Below are positions 1-14,149 of a stretch of DNA of 64,000 nt, piece after piece. The DNA comes from Octopus vulgaris (taxonomy: Eukaryota): NCBI GenBank assembly GCA_951406725.2, contig OX597825.1, forward strand, positions 74,896,001-74,960,000. Reading direction: 5' to 3'. Both the position numbers and the translations under genes were made by a program. A model generated the notes under the pieces. It was not told the DNA's origin and ran no database searches. It saw only the letters and a list, made by a program, of their open reading frames with translations. Position 1 is the stretch's first letter, and the number at the start of each line of letters is the position of its first letter.

Positions 1-337
1 TACGATGACAAGGGTCGGGGAAAAAATTTATATGAAATGCGTCAATGTCTGTTCAAGTGAGGTTGAAGAAGGGAACTGAGCGAAATTCTGCACCACACGA
101 TAATTCAAATGTTTTTTTTTTTTCATTTATGATTTTCTTAAAACATAAGGAAGGAGTCCATCTCAGCAAGACTTACAATGTTTATGGGAAGAAACGTTAG
201 TATAACAAACTCAGAGTGAAACATCCACAACGAGGAAGACAATAAAATCCAAATTCGCTTTAGTGTTATTATTTATGATGAAGAGAAATCTAAAGCGCAT
301 ATCGATAGATTGAAATTACTATCAGTAGAAAATGGAT

Positions 338-353
338 GGTCCTGAAAAGGACC
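338..353 (-). terminator. Histone mRNA 3' stem-loop (H2B)
   Basis: Minus strand reads GGTCCTTTTCAGGACC, a 6-bp stem with 4-nt loop matching the SLBP-binding consensus, about 28 nt after the stop. Confidence 0.95.
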
Positions 354-381
354 GGTTATTCGATGGACATAGTCCGTTGGT

Positions 382-759
382 TTACTTGCTGCTGGTGTAT
401 TTAGTGACAGCCTTGGTACCCTCGGACACGGCATGCTTGGCCAACTCACCAGGGAGTAGGAGACGGACAGCAGTCTGTACCTCACGGCTACTGATGGTCG
501 ATCGTTTGTTGTAGTGAGCCAAACGGCTGGCTTCTGAAGCTATTCTTTCGAACAGATCGTTGACGAAACTGTTCATAATGGACATAGCTTTGCTGGAGAT
601 GCCAGTATCCGGATGGACTTGCTTCATCACTTTGTAGATGTAGATGGAGTAGCTTTCCTTCCTCTTCTTCTTGCGCTTCTTATCACCAGTAGGACGAGAG
701 GCCTTGGCCTTAGAAGCTTTCTTGGCTCCTTTCGAAGCGGTGGCAGGTGCTGGAGGCAT
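382..759 (-). CDS. H2B: Histone H2B, replication-dependent
   Basis: Intronless 125-aa ORF with the canonical core [27 protein letters not shown]...[16 protein letters not shown]; followed by a histone stem-loop. Confidence 0.99.
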   Translation of the reverse strand: MPPAPATASKGAKKASKAKASRPTGDKKRKKKRKESYSIYIYKVMKQVHPDTGISSKAMSIMNSFVNDLFERIASEASRLAHYNKRSTISSREVQTAVRLLLPGELAKHAVSEGTKAVTKYTSSK

Positions 760-1029
760 AATGAAAACAGCGAGCTTGGTTAATCAGCGCGGCAGCTATT
801 CTATTTATAGTTGAAAGTAGGCTCACAGCAGCTTCTTGTTGAAGATTTATACTCTCGATTTTCATTGGTTAAATTAGCAAATGGCCAAACCACGTGATAA
901 AAAACCCGCGCATTTTCACTTCTATTCGGGTGACTGCTGGAGCCTACTTGAATAGTATTTAAACCCGAAAAAACAGTCCATGAGAATCGCATTTGCTGTT
1001 TGACTGTTGATTTGTTACTCTCTGCAATT
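760..1029. promoter_or_regulatory. Bidirectional H2A/H2B promoter
   Basis: 270-bp divergent spacer. TATA box CTATAAATAG on minus (801-810), TATTTAAA on plus (956-963), CCAAT on minus (864-868). Confidence 0.8.
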
Positions 1030-1407
1030 ATGACTGGACGTGGTAAAGGTGGTAAGGTGAAAGGAAAGAGCAAGACCCGCTCATCTCGTGCCGGACTGCA
1101 ATTCCCTGTCGGCCGTATCCACCGTCTTCTCCGCAAGGGTAACTATGCCCAACGTGTAGGTGCCGGAGCTCCGGTATACTTGGCTGCTGTAATGGAATAT
1201 TTAGCTGCCGAAGTGTTGGAATTGGCAGGAAATGCTGCCAGAGACAACAAGAAATCCAGAATTATTCCCCGTCACTTACAGTTGGCCATCCGTAATGACG
1301 AAGAGTTGAATAAATTTTTGTCAGGAGTCACCATTGCCCAGGGTGGTGTTCTTCCCAACATTCAGGCTGTTCTTCTCCCCAAGAAGACCCAGAAGCCTTC
1401 AAAATAA
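1030..1407 (+). CDS. H2A: Histone H2A, replication-dependent (true ATG at 1030, not the TTG at 1000)
   Basis: [39 protein letters not shown]...[14 protein letters not shown]; no SQ motif, so not H2A.X; stem-loop follows. Confidence 0.99.
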   Translation: MTGRGKGGKVKGKSKTRSSRAGLQFPVGRIHRLLRKGNYAQRVGAGAPVYLAAVMEYLAAEVLELAGNAARDNKKSRIIPRHLQLAIRNDEELNKFLSGVTIAQGGVLPNIQAVLLPKKTQKPSK

Positions 1408-1441
1408 GCTTCATTTTGTCGAGGCGTTCAGTTTCCCAAAC

Positions 1442-1457
1442 GGCCCTTTTCAGGGCC
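1442..1457 (+). terminator. Histone mRNA 3' stem-loop (H2A)
   Basis: GGCCCTTTTCAGGGCC, preceded by CCAAAC. Confidence 0.95.
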
Positions 1458-2745
1458 CCTACATTATATACGAAGTCTTTTAGCTGATTGTCTGTACTTG
1501 CGATTTTTATGAAATTTTTAGTCAGTTGCAGTGTTTTCCACAATACCGAAATTCGAAAGAAATTTTATGCTTTTCCTAGGAGACAGTTTTTTTTTTTTTT
1601 GTCTGAGGGCATAGAATGAAAATTTGTAAAGCAAGAATTCGGGTTAGTAAATTGGCCATATATTGTGGGGCCCCACCCCGATTTATTCTAAATAAACTCC
1701 GTCAGCATAGGTTCTGATTATATCGAGATTTGGAAATATTCGAAACAAGGAAACTCCTAGGTCTGATATCGTGTTGTACACTCTAAAATAAACCGCTTCC
1801 GAAGGATTTTTCACAACTGTCGTCACCTTAATCATTTTGCACAGAGAATACTGCAGAACGAATTGCCGCAGTTTTTTAACGAGTGGAGAGCGCCCATTGA
1901 AGTTGGGTTACAACTGACCTGGGGTCAAATAACACCCCAGGTCAGTAACCAAATAGCCTGATGTTCTTGGAACTGCATCATGTAATGAAAGGCTGTTAGG
2001 ACGTTCGAGTCTCGTCAGGGGAACATGCATAGTTTTCGCGTACATATATCTTTACATGCATTCAAAGCCTAGCATAAAAATTTAACCCGGAAGAACGCAA
2101 TTATCACAACTGAACACAGAAAATGCACAATTATTTCACCACAGTTAGGAAATTATCCCACACGCTTCTAATTCATTACACCGTTCTTGACTCGTCATAC
2201 TTGAAATAAAAATTTTAATTACACAAGTTATTAGGTATGACCACGAAACTTGCTAGAAATAGCAGCCGCTCAATATAAAGACCTTCGCGCGGGACCAAAA
2301 ACAAATAAAACCAGCTTGAGGGTATTTAAGTGTGTGAAAAACGAATATGGAAGAAAATGCACGCTGACGACCCTAGGGGGTGGGTAAGGACTTGCGGAAA
2401 ATTCACAAGTTCTGATTTTTCTGTCATAACTTCGGGTAAAATGGATATATATTGATTTTTTTTTCCCGAAATACGTAGATAAATAAGATTACTATTCTGA
2501 AAAAGATTGGTTTGTAAAGTTTCAATTTTTCAGAAAATATAAAATAATATATATATATATACATACGTATATGTACATACCTACATATGTGTATATATAT
2601 GCATATGGGTACAGTACATCAAAAGAACGTTGAACACAAGGAGAAACGAACGAAAAAAAAACAGAATAATTATACTTATGAGGTTTTTATTCCCATGCTA
2701 GCCACTTGATCGGTATTTTAAATAACGATCTTATCCTTATATAAA

Positions 2746-2782
<37 letters not shown>

Positions 2783-2892
2783 GCCCTCAGACCTTCTAGC
2801 AGGTTATCCACATGCTAGAAATAACAGCCAAATCTCACAAAACTGCGATAACATAGTGTAATCTATCTACTCACCTTTCTGCAAAGATTTCT

Positions 2893-3242
2893 TACTGCGG
2901 CCATGCTGAAGCACCCCAGGACTTATTCTTTGGAAGCCTATTACTTATTCTATCGCTCTCTTTTGCCGAACCGCTAAGTTACGGGGACGTAAACACACCA
3001 CCATCGCTTGTCAAGCGATGTTGGGGGGGGGGGGACAAACACGGACACACATACATATGTATATATATGTATATATACGACGGGCTTCTTTCAGTTTCCG
3101 TCTACCAAATCCACTCAAGGCTTTGGTCGGCTCAAAGCTATAGTAGAAGACACTTGCCCAAGGTGCCACTCAGTGGGAATGAACCCGGAAACATGTGGTT
3201 CGTAAGCAAGCTACTTACCTACCACACAGCCACTCCAGCGCC
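2893..3242 (-). mobile_element. tRNA-derived SINE family A copy
   Basis: Reverse complement of the element at 35433-35829 (A-box TGGCTGTGTGG head, internal (TA)n/(CA)n). Confidence 0.85.
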
Positions 3243-3379
3243 TATATATACTCACACACATATATTTTACTCTATTACACTATTCAGCCATGCAGGCATG
3301 GTCATGCTGGAGCACCACAATGGTCTTTCTGACTTCCTCAGTCTGGGTATTTCACATCACCACTCTTGTATGTGCCTTT

Positions 3380-3730
3380 GTCTCAGCTGTTTGGTGTATA
3401 AGGGAGTTTGGTCCAACTGCCCTCGTCTGTACTTCATGTCAGGCTGTCGCTTCATCCAGTATTGTGAAAAGGAGGATGTCTAGTTCCTTTTTGAAGACAT
3501 CTACTTCCACCTTATGCAGATTTCTTAATTGTGGTTGGCCACTGAAGGGTTGTGGTCCTTTAAACCCTAGACTATTGCAGTACCTGGTCCTGAATTTAGA
3601 TGGAGTGGACGGTACCTTTGGTACAATACAATGGCAGCCAGTTCTGCCATTTGTATAACACTCAATGCCAAAGTTAGGTACCAGCCCTTCTAGGGTTTTC
3701 CATATGTATATTATTGCATATTACTCATGA
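3380..3730 (-). mobile_element. Degenerate LINE ORF2 3' end (CR1-group-like)
   Basis: Minus strand translates to YAIIYIWKTLEGLVPNFG...KFRTRYCNSLGFKGPQ...LRNLHKVEVDVFKKELD, typical of a CR1-group C-terminus. Confidence 0.6.
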
Positions 3731-3879
3731 GTGGGAGAGAAAGAGAGAGAAGGGGACAAGGGTGGGTAGGCAACAAAGAGTTGAGATTTGGTTGGGTTGA
3801 AGGGTGGAGGTAATGAATGTTAGTTAATTTTTTGGCTCAAAAGCAAAAAGCAAGGCCATGTAGGGGGACATGGAGTTAA

Positions 3880-4040
3880 GTACAGGGTAGTGTTCATGTA
3901 AAGAGTTCAGACCACTTGAGGTCAAGGGAGACTTTGAACAAAGCGGTCATCGGCATCTTCACCATCTCATCTGGCAGCTTGTTCCACGGATCCGCAACCC
4001 GGACGGAGAAAGCTCCTCTCCTTCGATCGAATGGTGGGGG
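3880..4040 (-). mobile_element. CR1-type LINE 3' fragment
   Basis: RRRGAFSVRVADPWNKLPDEMVKMP..FKVSLD fits the CR1 C-terminal motif FS.RV...WN.LP...V....FK..LD. Confidence 0.75.
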
Positions 4041-4629
4041 TGTGAGCAATGATGCATGACCTGGGGGAGGTAGAGGGATACAGAAGAAAGTGGTGCAGGG
4101 ATAATAACTGGTTTCAAATTTTGGCACAAGGCCAGCAAGTTTTGAGCAGGGGGTGGGTCAATTGCATTAATCCCCCCCCCACCACATACACAAAGGATAT
4201 AAAGGCAAAGTCGACTCTGGTGGAATCTGAACCTGGAGCCTAATGACATGAAATGCCAGCATATTAACAATTCTGCCAGCTCACCATCTTTAGCAGCAGG
4301 ATAATGATGATGATAGAGTGGTAGATGGAGGAAGGATGAGAGAGAAATGATAGGCAGTTGAGTAGATTGCAGGAGTGAGAAAGAAAGAGGCGAGAGGGGT
4401 GGACTAGGAAATTGAGAGATGTATGGTAATGGTGGTGGAGGTGGAGAGATAATTTGGTGTCTCAGTGATGGCAGGTGGGGATGATCAATGAAAAGATATT
4501 GACAGATATTGGCAGCTCATTCGTTCTTTATTCTCAGACCAAATCTTTTGATGTTCTTTAATTTTCATCTCATTTGTTGTTGACATGGATTCGCCAAAAG
4601 AGCAGACCCAAGCCATGACATGTTAGGGA

Positions 4630-5140
4630 TTCGCAGGTTTTTTTATGAAGGTTTTTAAAACATTCCAAAGGATTTTGATAAAAATTTTGAAAAATTTTCA
4701 AAGGATTTTGCTGAAAATTTTGATAAACTTTTCAAAAGATCTTTTTGAAACACTTTTTATAGGATTTTCATAAAAATTTTGAAAAAATGTATAGCCTATA
4801 TAGGCACTTCTGGACCTATATGGCCTAAATAGTCAACAATGCACCAATATAACAACTTCTGCCTCTATATAGAATTTTGATGAAAATTTTAAAAAGCATT
4901 TCAAAATCTTAATCAAATACCTTTAAAATTTTTTTTAAATTGTGCACCAGAATCTATATAGGTGCAGGTGTTGCTATATAGATCCAAGTGTGCCTATATA
5001 GGCTATACAGTCTTTCAAAATTTTCATCAAAATATTTCGAAAAGTTTTTCAAAATATTCACCAAAATCCTATATAGGTGCATGTGTATGCTATATAGGTG
5101 CAGGGATACCTATATAGTCTATAAATCCTTTGAAAATTTC
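4630..5140. repeat. Fold-back/MITE-like element built from ~30-bp A/T-tract subrepeats
   Basis: Repeated GGATTTTGATNAAAATTTTGAAAA units; 4758-4809 is inverted relative to about 4987-5035 (GTATAGCCTATATAGGCAC / GTGCCTATATAGGCTATAC). Confidence 0.55.
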
Positions 5141-5389
5141 GTCAGAGGGGCAGTCCCAATCCATAACACTAGAGCAACAGTTGCAGATTTTGCCACAGCC
5201 ACAGGGCTGGCAGTTCCATAACACTACTAGTGACGACCTCACATTTTGCCACTGGAGCCGCCACTTCATAGCAGTAAAGGTAACCGTATCAAATTTTGCA
5301 ACATGAACAGCAACTTCAGAACAGTACTAGTAATAGTTTCAAATTTCCCCCACAAGGGCAGCAATTTTCAAAATTGGAAATAACACTGA

Positions 5390-5705
5390 CATCTCATTTT
5401 AACAGATTTATTTACAAAAATTACATAAAATATCTTGAAATACTGAAGTATAAATTTATTCAATAAAATCGCCTTTCGCTTGAACCACGGCCTCCAGATG
5501 ACTTCAGAATCTCCTGCAACTCTGGGCGTTCTCCTTATTTAAGTTGGTCAATAGTGCCATAATAATTGCCTTCAGTTTATCTTTGGTATAAAAGGATGCT
5601 TGTTGGTCTCTCAACTGCGCCTCACACATAATTAAGGTGGTCACAGAAATTGTCTGATGGCCATGACTGGGTTCTCCTGCTTGTGTGGCATGGTGCAGAA
5701 ATGTC
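5390..5705 (-). mobile_element. Tc1/mariner-superfamily transposase 3' remnant
   Basis: Minus strand SAPCHTSRRTQSW.SDNFCDH...GAVER...LEAVVQAKGDFIE resembles the QDxAPxH and C-terminal region; frameshifted. Confidence 0.65.
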
Positions 5706-7644
5706 TATTACCCATAAAGGTTTACACAGATGGGGACAATACATGATATGGGGTCATGTGGATGAAATGGAATTATTTACAATGAAATCGAATTAGTTAC
5801 AAGAACAAACGAACAAAAAGGGACATATGAAGTAAAAAAAAAAATAAAAAAAAAAAAAGAAGAAAACAGGATAGCCGACCCTACGATCCCTGTTATTTCA
5901 AGACCTTTTGGCAAGTTATCATGCAAGGTCTTTCACACCTAGCATCCGTGCAACACGCATCCATCTCTTTTTGAATACGCACTGACAGACATTTTCTCTA
6001 GCCCCGGCATGGTATAGAATCCTGTTCTTAGACAGTCTTCCAGCAACTACCCTCTTGATTGTTCGTGCGTTTGTACAGGTTTTAGCTTTAAGGTTGTCAC
6101 AAATAACAGTGATAAAGGAAAAATACACCGCCGGAAGTTCTTGTTGACAAACAGCAGTAACAAACAGCTGAATAAGTCATTGATTGGTTGAAATTACTTC
6201 GTAAATAAGTTTTTCTCAAAAATGCTAAGAGTAAAACAGGTTTTATGACACATTCTACTAGTGTCCGAAATTTTAAAGTATTTAGTTACAAAAAAATATT
6301 TTTTAAATCTGTACGTCAAAACGTAAAGATCCTTTTGAATAATTTGGTTCCACGTTCTAAAAAACAAAGAGCTAAAAGTATTGAGTGAGGGCTTATGTCC
6401 ACCACCGCCAAAAAGTATCTATACTAACGCAATCCTACATTACGTCTGGACGGGGAAATCGGGATTACAAGTTATTCCTGATTCCAACAGATCAATGGCA
6501 TAATTATAAATTTTGCCCCGACCCCCGACTTTGGATAACTTACAGAAAAATGGATATTTTTATATGAAATCTTTTACGAATGTGTTACATCATATATATT
6601 CCGAATATACAAAATTTGGGGAGGGAGGAAGCTTTCAAGAAAATGGATATTTTTCGATGATATTTTCTACAAATATACCTCAGACTATGCAGATAACGAG
6701 GACAGGAATTGGGGTGGAAAACAGTTGGGGGCCATTTTTGAGAATTGTTCCCCACTCAAGAGTGTTTCGGAACAAGTCGTGCACGTTTCATTTTCTCCCG
6801 TTTATGCCCCCGTAGATTACTTCAGCGACTAACAGGAAATGAAGCCCTCACCAGAAAACTCATACTAAAAATAACAGCAAATGGTTCGGTATTAAGACGG
6901 CTTATCTATTGAATACGATTTTTTTTTATTTGAAGTAAATTCCCAGTTAAATGTTTATAATAGAAAGGCAGACACCAGAATATACACGAACTTTTTCAAT
7001 TACGTGTCTGATAGAAATGTACGGGTGCACAAACGCACAAAACGGAGAAAATTTAAAATATGGACTTGTTCAGAAACACCCGCCAGTGGGGAACGGTTCT
7101 CAGAAATAGTCCCTAATTGTTTTCCCAAAATTACTGTGTATTTGTCGAGAATTTCATTAAAAAATATCCATTTTCTTGAAAGCTAAAACAAATTAAAGTG
7201 GACTGGGAATCTACATGATATATAAACACGAAAAGTCGGGGGGGGGAGGGGAAGTAGTTGTAATTCACTCACTGGTGTCAAAATACACTAAAAAAAAAAA
7301 AAAAAAAAAAAAAAAGAAAAATTTTCCTTTAGAAATAAAGGAGTGCTTTAAGGAAGTAACTAGGAATAATTTAGCTCAATGCAATAATATAAACGTTAAG
7401 ACAAACCCACGCTGAGAAATTTATATTCTGGTTTTGTGGCCAAATAAACAACCCGACAAACAGCCACAGAAATAAATCTGTTCAATGCAAAGGTTTTTTC
7501 TTTTTTTTACGCCGAAAACGGGTGGTATACATATTTTTTACCTCCGCTAAGTCACTGAGTAAAATTTGAAGAACAAATATTAAGACAGCGGGTTAGTGAC
7601 GCATATTTGTAAATCAACGAGATGGCTTAAGTGCAAATTTTTAT

Positions 7645-7660
7645 GGCCCTTAAAAGGGCC
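7645..7660 (-). terminator. Histone mRNA 3' stem-loop (H4)
   Basis: Minus strand GGCCCTTTTAAGGGCC, preceded by AAAACC. Confidence 0.95.
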
Positions 7661-7698
7661 GGTTTTGTCAATAGCGTAACAGCAGTTGGAGATGAAAA

Positions 7699-8661
<963 letters not shown>

Positions 8662-8687
8662 ATGAGACTTTGCTATATTTCAACAAC

Positions 8688-8703
8688 GGCCCTTTTCAGG
8701 GCC
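8688..8703 (+). terminator. Histone mRNA 3' stem-loop (H3)
   Basis: GGCCCTTTTCAGGGCC, 26 nt after the stop. Confidence 0.95.
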
Positions 8704-10649
8704 CATATTTTCTTCAGGAATGTCTTCTCGCTGCTTGTGGATATTTTCGACTTATCACAGCTTTATTTATGGGTACAAAATATTTCTATGCTGCGTAAAA
8801 GTGAAGTACCCTAGCAACTTTTGTTTCCCGGCTAATAATTCGTTACCTGGGAGTCCTACTTTTCTTCGCTTTCCCGCTCGAAGATAGTAACTGTCAGCAT
8901 GTATTGCTTCAGTGAAGCTTTAGCAGATTTAATTGTGAAGCAAACATTTTTATACAGTATGCTGTATGAGCAATTTCCTGCCGGTGAATTTTCTTACAGA
9001 ACGAACTATTAAACATCTGCTTTTAACCGCTTTCATAAAATCATTTTCCCGCTACATATTTTTTTTTTTTTTTTTCAGACTTAATTTTCCTCCGCGCTAG
9101 TTAGTCGATAAATTAATTTTTATAAACAAACGGGTTTTTTTTCTAAAAAGAAATGTATATAGTTTTACGCAAATATCAGTTCGAAAATGCCACCAAACAA
9201 TTTTTTGATAGGGAAACGGTCAGGTACGAAGAGTAAAAGCCCACCTCTACCTCTTGTATTTTCGTGAGATTTCATTTGTAAAAAGAAAATTATACGTTTT
9301 TTTGAAAATTTTTGTTTATAAAGACTAAATTAGGTTTAAGTCATTTACTTAGGTCGAACGCTAGTAGGAGTTATCGATGTAAGCTTAATAGACGGAGATG
9401 CTGTGGGACTAGCATACTCATGTCGTCAAATCCTTCTCTATTAGTAAATGGCCCATCAATACAATAGGGAGAAACATTGAAAAGATGTCGGCAACATGCA
9501 CGCGTATGTATATGGTCTAAATTCGAATTCCATCTACTGAGAAGGCTTAGGTCGGTCCTACGATATAGACTAGCTATAAACAGAATATAGGCGTTGCTGT
9601 GGTTAGAAGCTGGCTTCCCAACTACATGGTTCCGGGTTCAGTCCCACTACATGGCACTTGGGTAAATGCCTTCTATATAGACTCGTGAGTGCATGTGTAC
9701 GCACACGTATGCTTTCCCCCGACGGAGGGAAACATTAAAATACTGGCATTCCTTCGCCAAATGATTTCTATGATAGATACTTGGTGTGTGTGATGCCTGT
9801 ACGAACTGAAGGCAAAGGCTTATAGTAGTATTCACAAAGTTAAACAAGGAGACACCGTTCAGAAGATTTTTGACTGGATGTTATTCCTAATACCAGCCAC
9901 TATAGAACATACTTGAGGCATTTTATCATGGTACCAGCACTAAAGAGGGGAATTTATTGAATAAATTTAGTCTATTATTTCAAGATATTTTTATGTAATT
10001 TTGGTCTTGCATTGTCTAGGTTATTCATTGTACCCTGTAAATATATAGGCATGTGTATCAATAGGTACACGCCTACACTATGCCTCGTCCTTTTGGATGC
10101 TAGGTGTGAAAGAGCTTGCATGAACACACCAGTTAAAAAACGGCTCGTGGAGTCGGCTATCCTGTTCTTTTGACTTCATGTGTCCCTTTTTTTGTTCTTG
10201 TAACTCATTCAATTTCATCCACATGACCCCCAAATCATTGTATTGTCCCCATTGTATTATGTGTATTATGTGTGAAGTATATAGACGAAGGCATGAATGT
10301 ATAGCTTCCCAATACCATACTGAGCTGTTATTTCTAGCACAATAGTCAACCACTCCCGCCAATGTTTTCTCATGGTGATACAAGGGAGATAATTCTATTG
10401 CATCGTGGAAGGTGTTTATGAGCAATTTGAACACAAAATCCGTTAAATTCACTTCATTTAAATTTAATTTGCCGAAATATTTTTATCGCTTTGAGCACGG
10501 AATTTTGTCTGAATAGGTTGCGACGAAAATATTTTGGCAAATTCTGACAAACGGGTAGAGATACACGGAGCGAGAGACGGACAACTAACGACTGGCAAGT
10601 GATGTAGTGGGATACTACGCTAAGCCAGGTTTTGCCGAAGTTTGCAGAG

Positions 10650-10870
10650 ACAAAAGGAAAACTTTAACGTACTTTGTTAAATGTGTTTTTTAAAGTGAAG
10701 ATAAAGAACTTTTAAGTGTTAACTGTTTTTATAAGAAAGAAAAACTTAAATGTTTGAAACGAAAAGAACTTTGTTTTCAAAAGACAAAACTTTCTGACGT
10801 TAAATGTTTGAAAAGAAATAAACTTTTAAATGCTTTTAAAAGACAAAAACTTTGACGTTAAATGTTAAGG
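10650..10870. repeat. Degenerate tandem minisatellite
   Basis: Recurrent AAAAGACAAAAACTTT...GTTAAATGTTT units. Confidence 0.6.
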
Positions 10871-13196
10871 GCTCCTGAAAAAATATTTTTATGTGTATGC
10901 ATTGAAAGAAACCGCTAAATTTGTTTCTCTAACATTTTACATAACATCAACCAATACAAGTCCATGTGTGAGCAATCACTCGGTATTGATCTCAGAACTC
11001 ATTGTTTGCAACTATTCATTCGTTTATTTATTCACTTTAGTTTTCATGACATCAACATTTGCTTTGAAATCCCTCTTTTAGCATTTTGTCATTTTATAAG
11101 ATTTTGCTGGCAAATTCTTAAATTACCATGAAATAAAATTCCTGGAGAACTTTCTAATTCTTCCAAATCTTTCTACTAAAACTGCATTGCAACCATTATT
11201 GAGGAATTTTTTTTTTCATAACATACATCTTTGCCGAGTGATACTGAAAATAAAATATAACCAAGTAAAATTTATTCTGTAGATTCAACTGATTAGTCTA
11301 TCATTTATGTTGAATATCACACCCTAACAATTAACGCCTTTCACTAATTTGAATTATTTCTGCAGCAGTGAAGTTGCTAACATTTTCAATTTGTAAGGAT
11401 TTAAGAGTTACGTCCCTTACCTTAATTTCTCTTACAAATTCGGTTCTCTTAATAATTACGTTGAGTTCAAATGCCGTCGAGGTCGATTTTTATCTTTTTG
11501 GGGTGGACAAAATATATACCAATTGAACACTAATCGATTAATCTGCACCCAAATTGCTGGCCTTGTGTGCCAATAGAAAAAATTATTAATAAGCCAGCAG
11601 ACAATTTAATTACACACACACCTCCAAAGGGTTACCCATATCTTGTGCAAACCTTCATTTACTGATAAACTACAAACAGCAATATATATATAGTAAAGGA
11701 AAGACACTGGAAAATAGGTTTCTGGATATGCACGTTCGACCCTTTCGCTGCGAAATTAAATTTTATTATTCTGGTAATGATGCTAAATATGTACCAAAAA
11801 AATAGAACTGGTATTTTCTGCAAGTCGCGTTGTCTCAACAGCAAATAGTTTCAAACAAGACATTCTTCAGGTAAACAGATTGGTGTGCAAAACTGCTTTC
11901 TGCAGTTAAAGGATGCAATTTTGAGTGGGTATACCTGATTTCTGCAGTGAAACATACTCAGGGTTGTGGAAAACTAGAAGTACAGTCATCTTTCTAGCAA
12001 AATTCTCAGCTCCAGCAATAATCCTTTCTACAAGAGGTACAAGACCTGAAAAATTTTTCAGGGACGAGGCTAGTTGATTGCATCGACTCCGGAAAGATAA
12101 GAAGCTAAGTCGACCTTGGCGGGAAGTTCCAGCTATGACTCTTAAGGCAAGCGATGGTTCTCATACTGACGAATATCAGCATTCTTCTTTTTGTTGAAAT
12201 GACAAAACAAATTTTGCATCGAGATAATTATTGTTCCAGCGTGATTGTGTAGTTAAAATCACCTTGCAGTCATGTAGTTCCGGTTTCGGTCTCACTGTGT
12301 GACAACTTGGACAAGTCTCCTCTACAACAGCTTGACACTGGCCGATGCCTTGTGAGACCCTCCACCACAGCTTATTGACTGACGTTGGTTTGTTTACGTC
12401 TCTGTGACTTAGCGGTTCGACCTAAGAAACCGGTACAATTGGTACCAAACTTAAAAATTAAGTATTGGTTGGTGGGTAGGAGCGATCTATTCGACAAGTT
12501 GATGCTTTTACACGATCGAAACAAGTAAAAGTTGTTATATTTTGTTTGTTACTTCATTTTTTTTATTGAGAAATAACTGATGAAATAGAAACAATTCAAG
12601 ACAAATGTATCGTTAAAGGGAAGCAACTATAAGTCCCCCCTTCTACATTAATATTTTATACCATTGATTTTCTTCACTTAAACCATGTCTTGTTCAAAAC
12701 ATTATTGGTTAATATTGTAAGGCATCTAGTCTCCACAATATACAGCTATTGACTTAGTGTAATATATCTAGTAAAAAAAAAACACTGTTTTAGTAACTGA
12801 AAATATTTAGAGGCAGTCAAGCTTTTCTCAGTTCTTCAATGTTTAAACACAGCACTGGATTAACCATTAAGCAAAAAAAAAAGCACGTGCTTAGGGTATC
12901 AAGGGAAGCGGGAGAACCACAGAAACGGTAAATGTTTTATGGAATGCAAAACAAAAAATCACTTTAAACTTGCTAAAATAATAATTGAAGTGACTTATAT
13001 GATCAGAAGTATAATTTCCAAGTGTTCATGGTGTCATTGTGATCAAAGATTGCAATTAAAAAAAAATGTAGCTGAAAACTTTTCAAATACAAATAAAATG
13101 TAAATATACAAAAATTATTGTTTTCCATCTTACAGTTGTGTTTCATTTTGAAAAATAAAAATTTGTTTTTTAGTTTATATTTTGAATTACATAATG

Positions 13197-13526
13197 CCAG
13201 GTCCACCTGACTGGCTCCCGTGCCAGTGGCACATAAAAAGTACCATCCAAATGTGACTGATACTAGTGCCCCCGACTGACTCCCGTGCCAGTGGTATGTA
13301 AAAAGCACCATCTGAACATGATCGATGCCAAGCCCACCTAATTGGCTCCTGTGCTGGTGGCACATAAAAAGCACCCACTACACTCTTGGAGTGGTTGGCA
13401 TTAGGAAGGGCATCCAGCTGTAGAAGCATTGCCAGATCAGATTGGAGCAGCCGCTGGCTTTCCAGACCTCAGTCAAACCGTCCAACCCATGCCAGCATGG
13501 AAAATGGACGTTAAACAATGATGATG
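13197..13526 (+). mobile_element. RTE LINE 3' UTR fragment with internal subrepeats and (GAT)n tail
   Basis: Ends CCAACCCATGCCAGCATGGAAAATGGACGTTAAACAATGATGATG, the same tail as the RTE at 17550-18870. Confidence 0.7.
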
Positions 13527-14149
13527 GAGGCACCAAAATCTCGTAAGTTCTTAGGTCTGCTCTGGGTCTGAACCTGGTCCTGGTTAAAAATATAGATTAA
13601 AGAGTGTTTACAATGTACAAAAATGCTTTGTTTCATTTTAGTACATGTGTATATGTGGGCACCATTAATTGAAAAGTTAGCTTCGTTAACCAAAGAGTTA
13701 ACTTCTGTAACCATTAATCAGTTAATTCTTTGAAAATGTAACAGAAGTTATTGATAAATCGTTAATGTTAATCTTATAGAAAAAAACAAAAAACAAGTTT
13801 TTGCTCTCAAACCACCTTTTAAAGATTACCCAAAAGTATAAAAATCAGCCTTTGTGTGCCTTTTTAGGGGCTTTAGAACCCAAAAACTAGTTTTTTTTTC
13901 TTTGTTTTTTTGCTTTAGAGTTAAAAATGCTGATTTTGTAGTTTTAACTTTTAAAAGACCTGACAAAGGTTGATTTTATAGTTTTTGCCCCTTTTTAGGT
14001 TTTTAAAGAACCAGAAAGGGGTTAAAAAATTAAGAATCTCAAATGAAACACAGTATTAGTATTAAACTAAAAAAAGTTCATTGATAAAGTGGCTGTAAAA
14101 AAATAAAAAATGAAAATAATTTGATATCTCCTCTTCTTCTCGTTCTTCA

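Noticed and set aside
1000-1029. 10-aa N-terminal extension of H2A in the ORF track
   Set aside because: Starts at TTG; the eukaryotic start is the ATG at 1030.
1460-7640. Histone H1 or 5S rRNA gene in the spacer
   Set aside because: No Lys/Ala/Pro-rich ORF, fifth stem-loop or 5S-like sequence seen.
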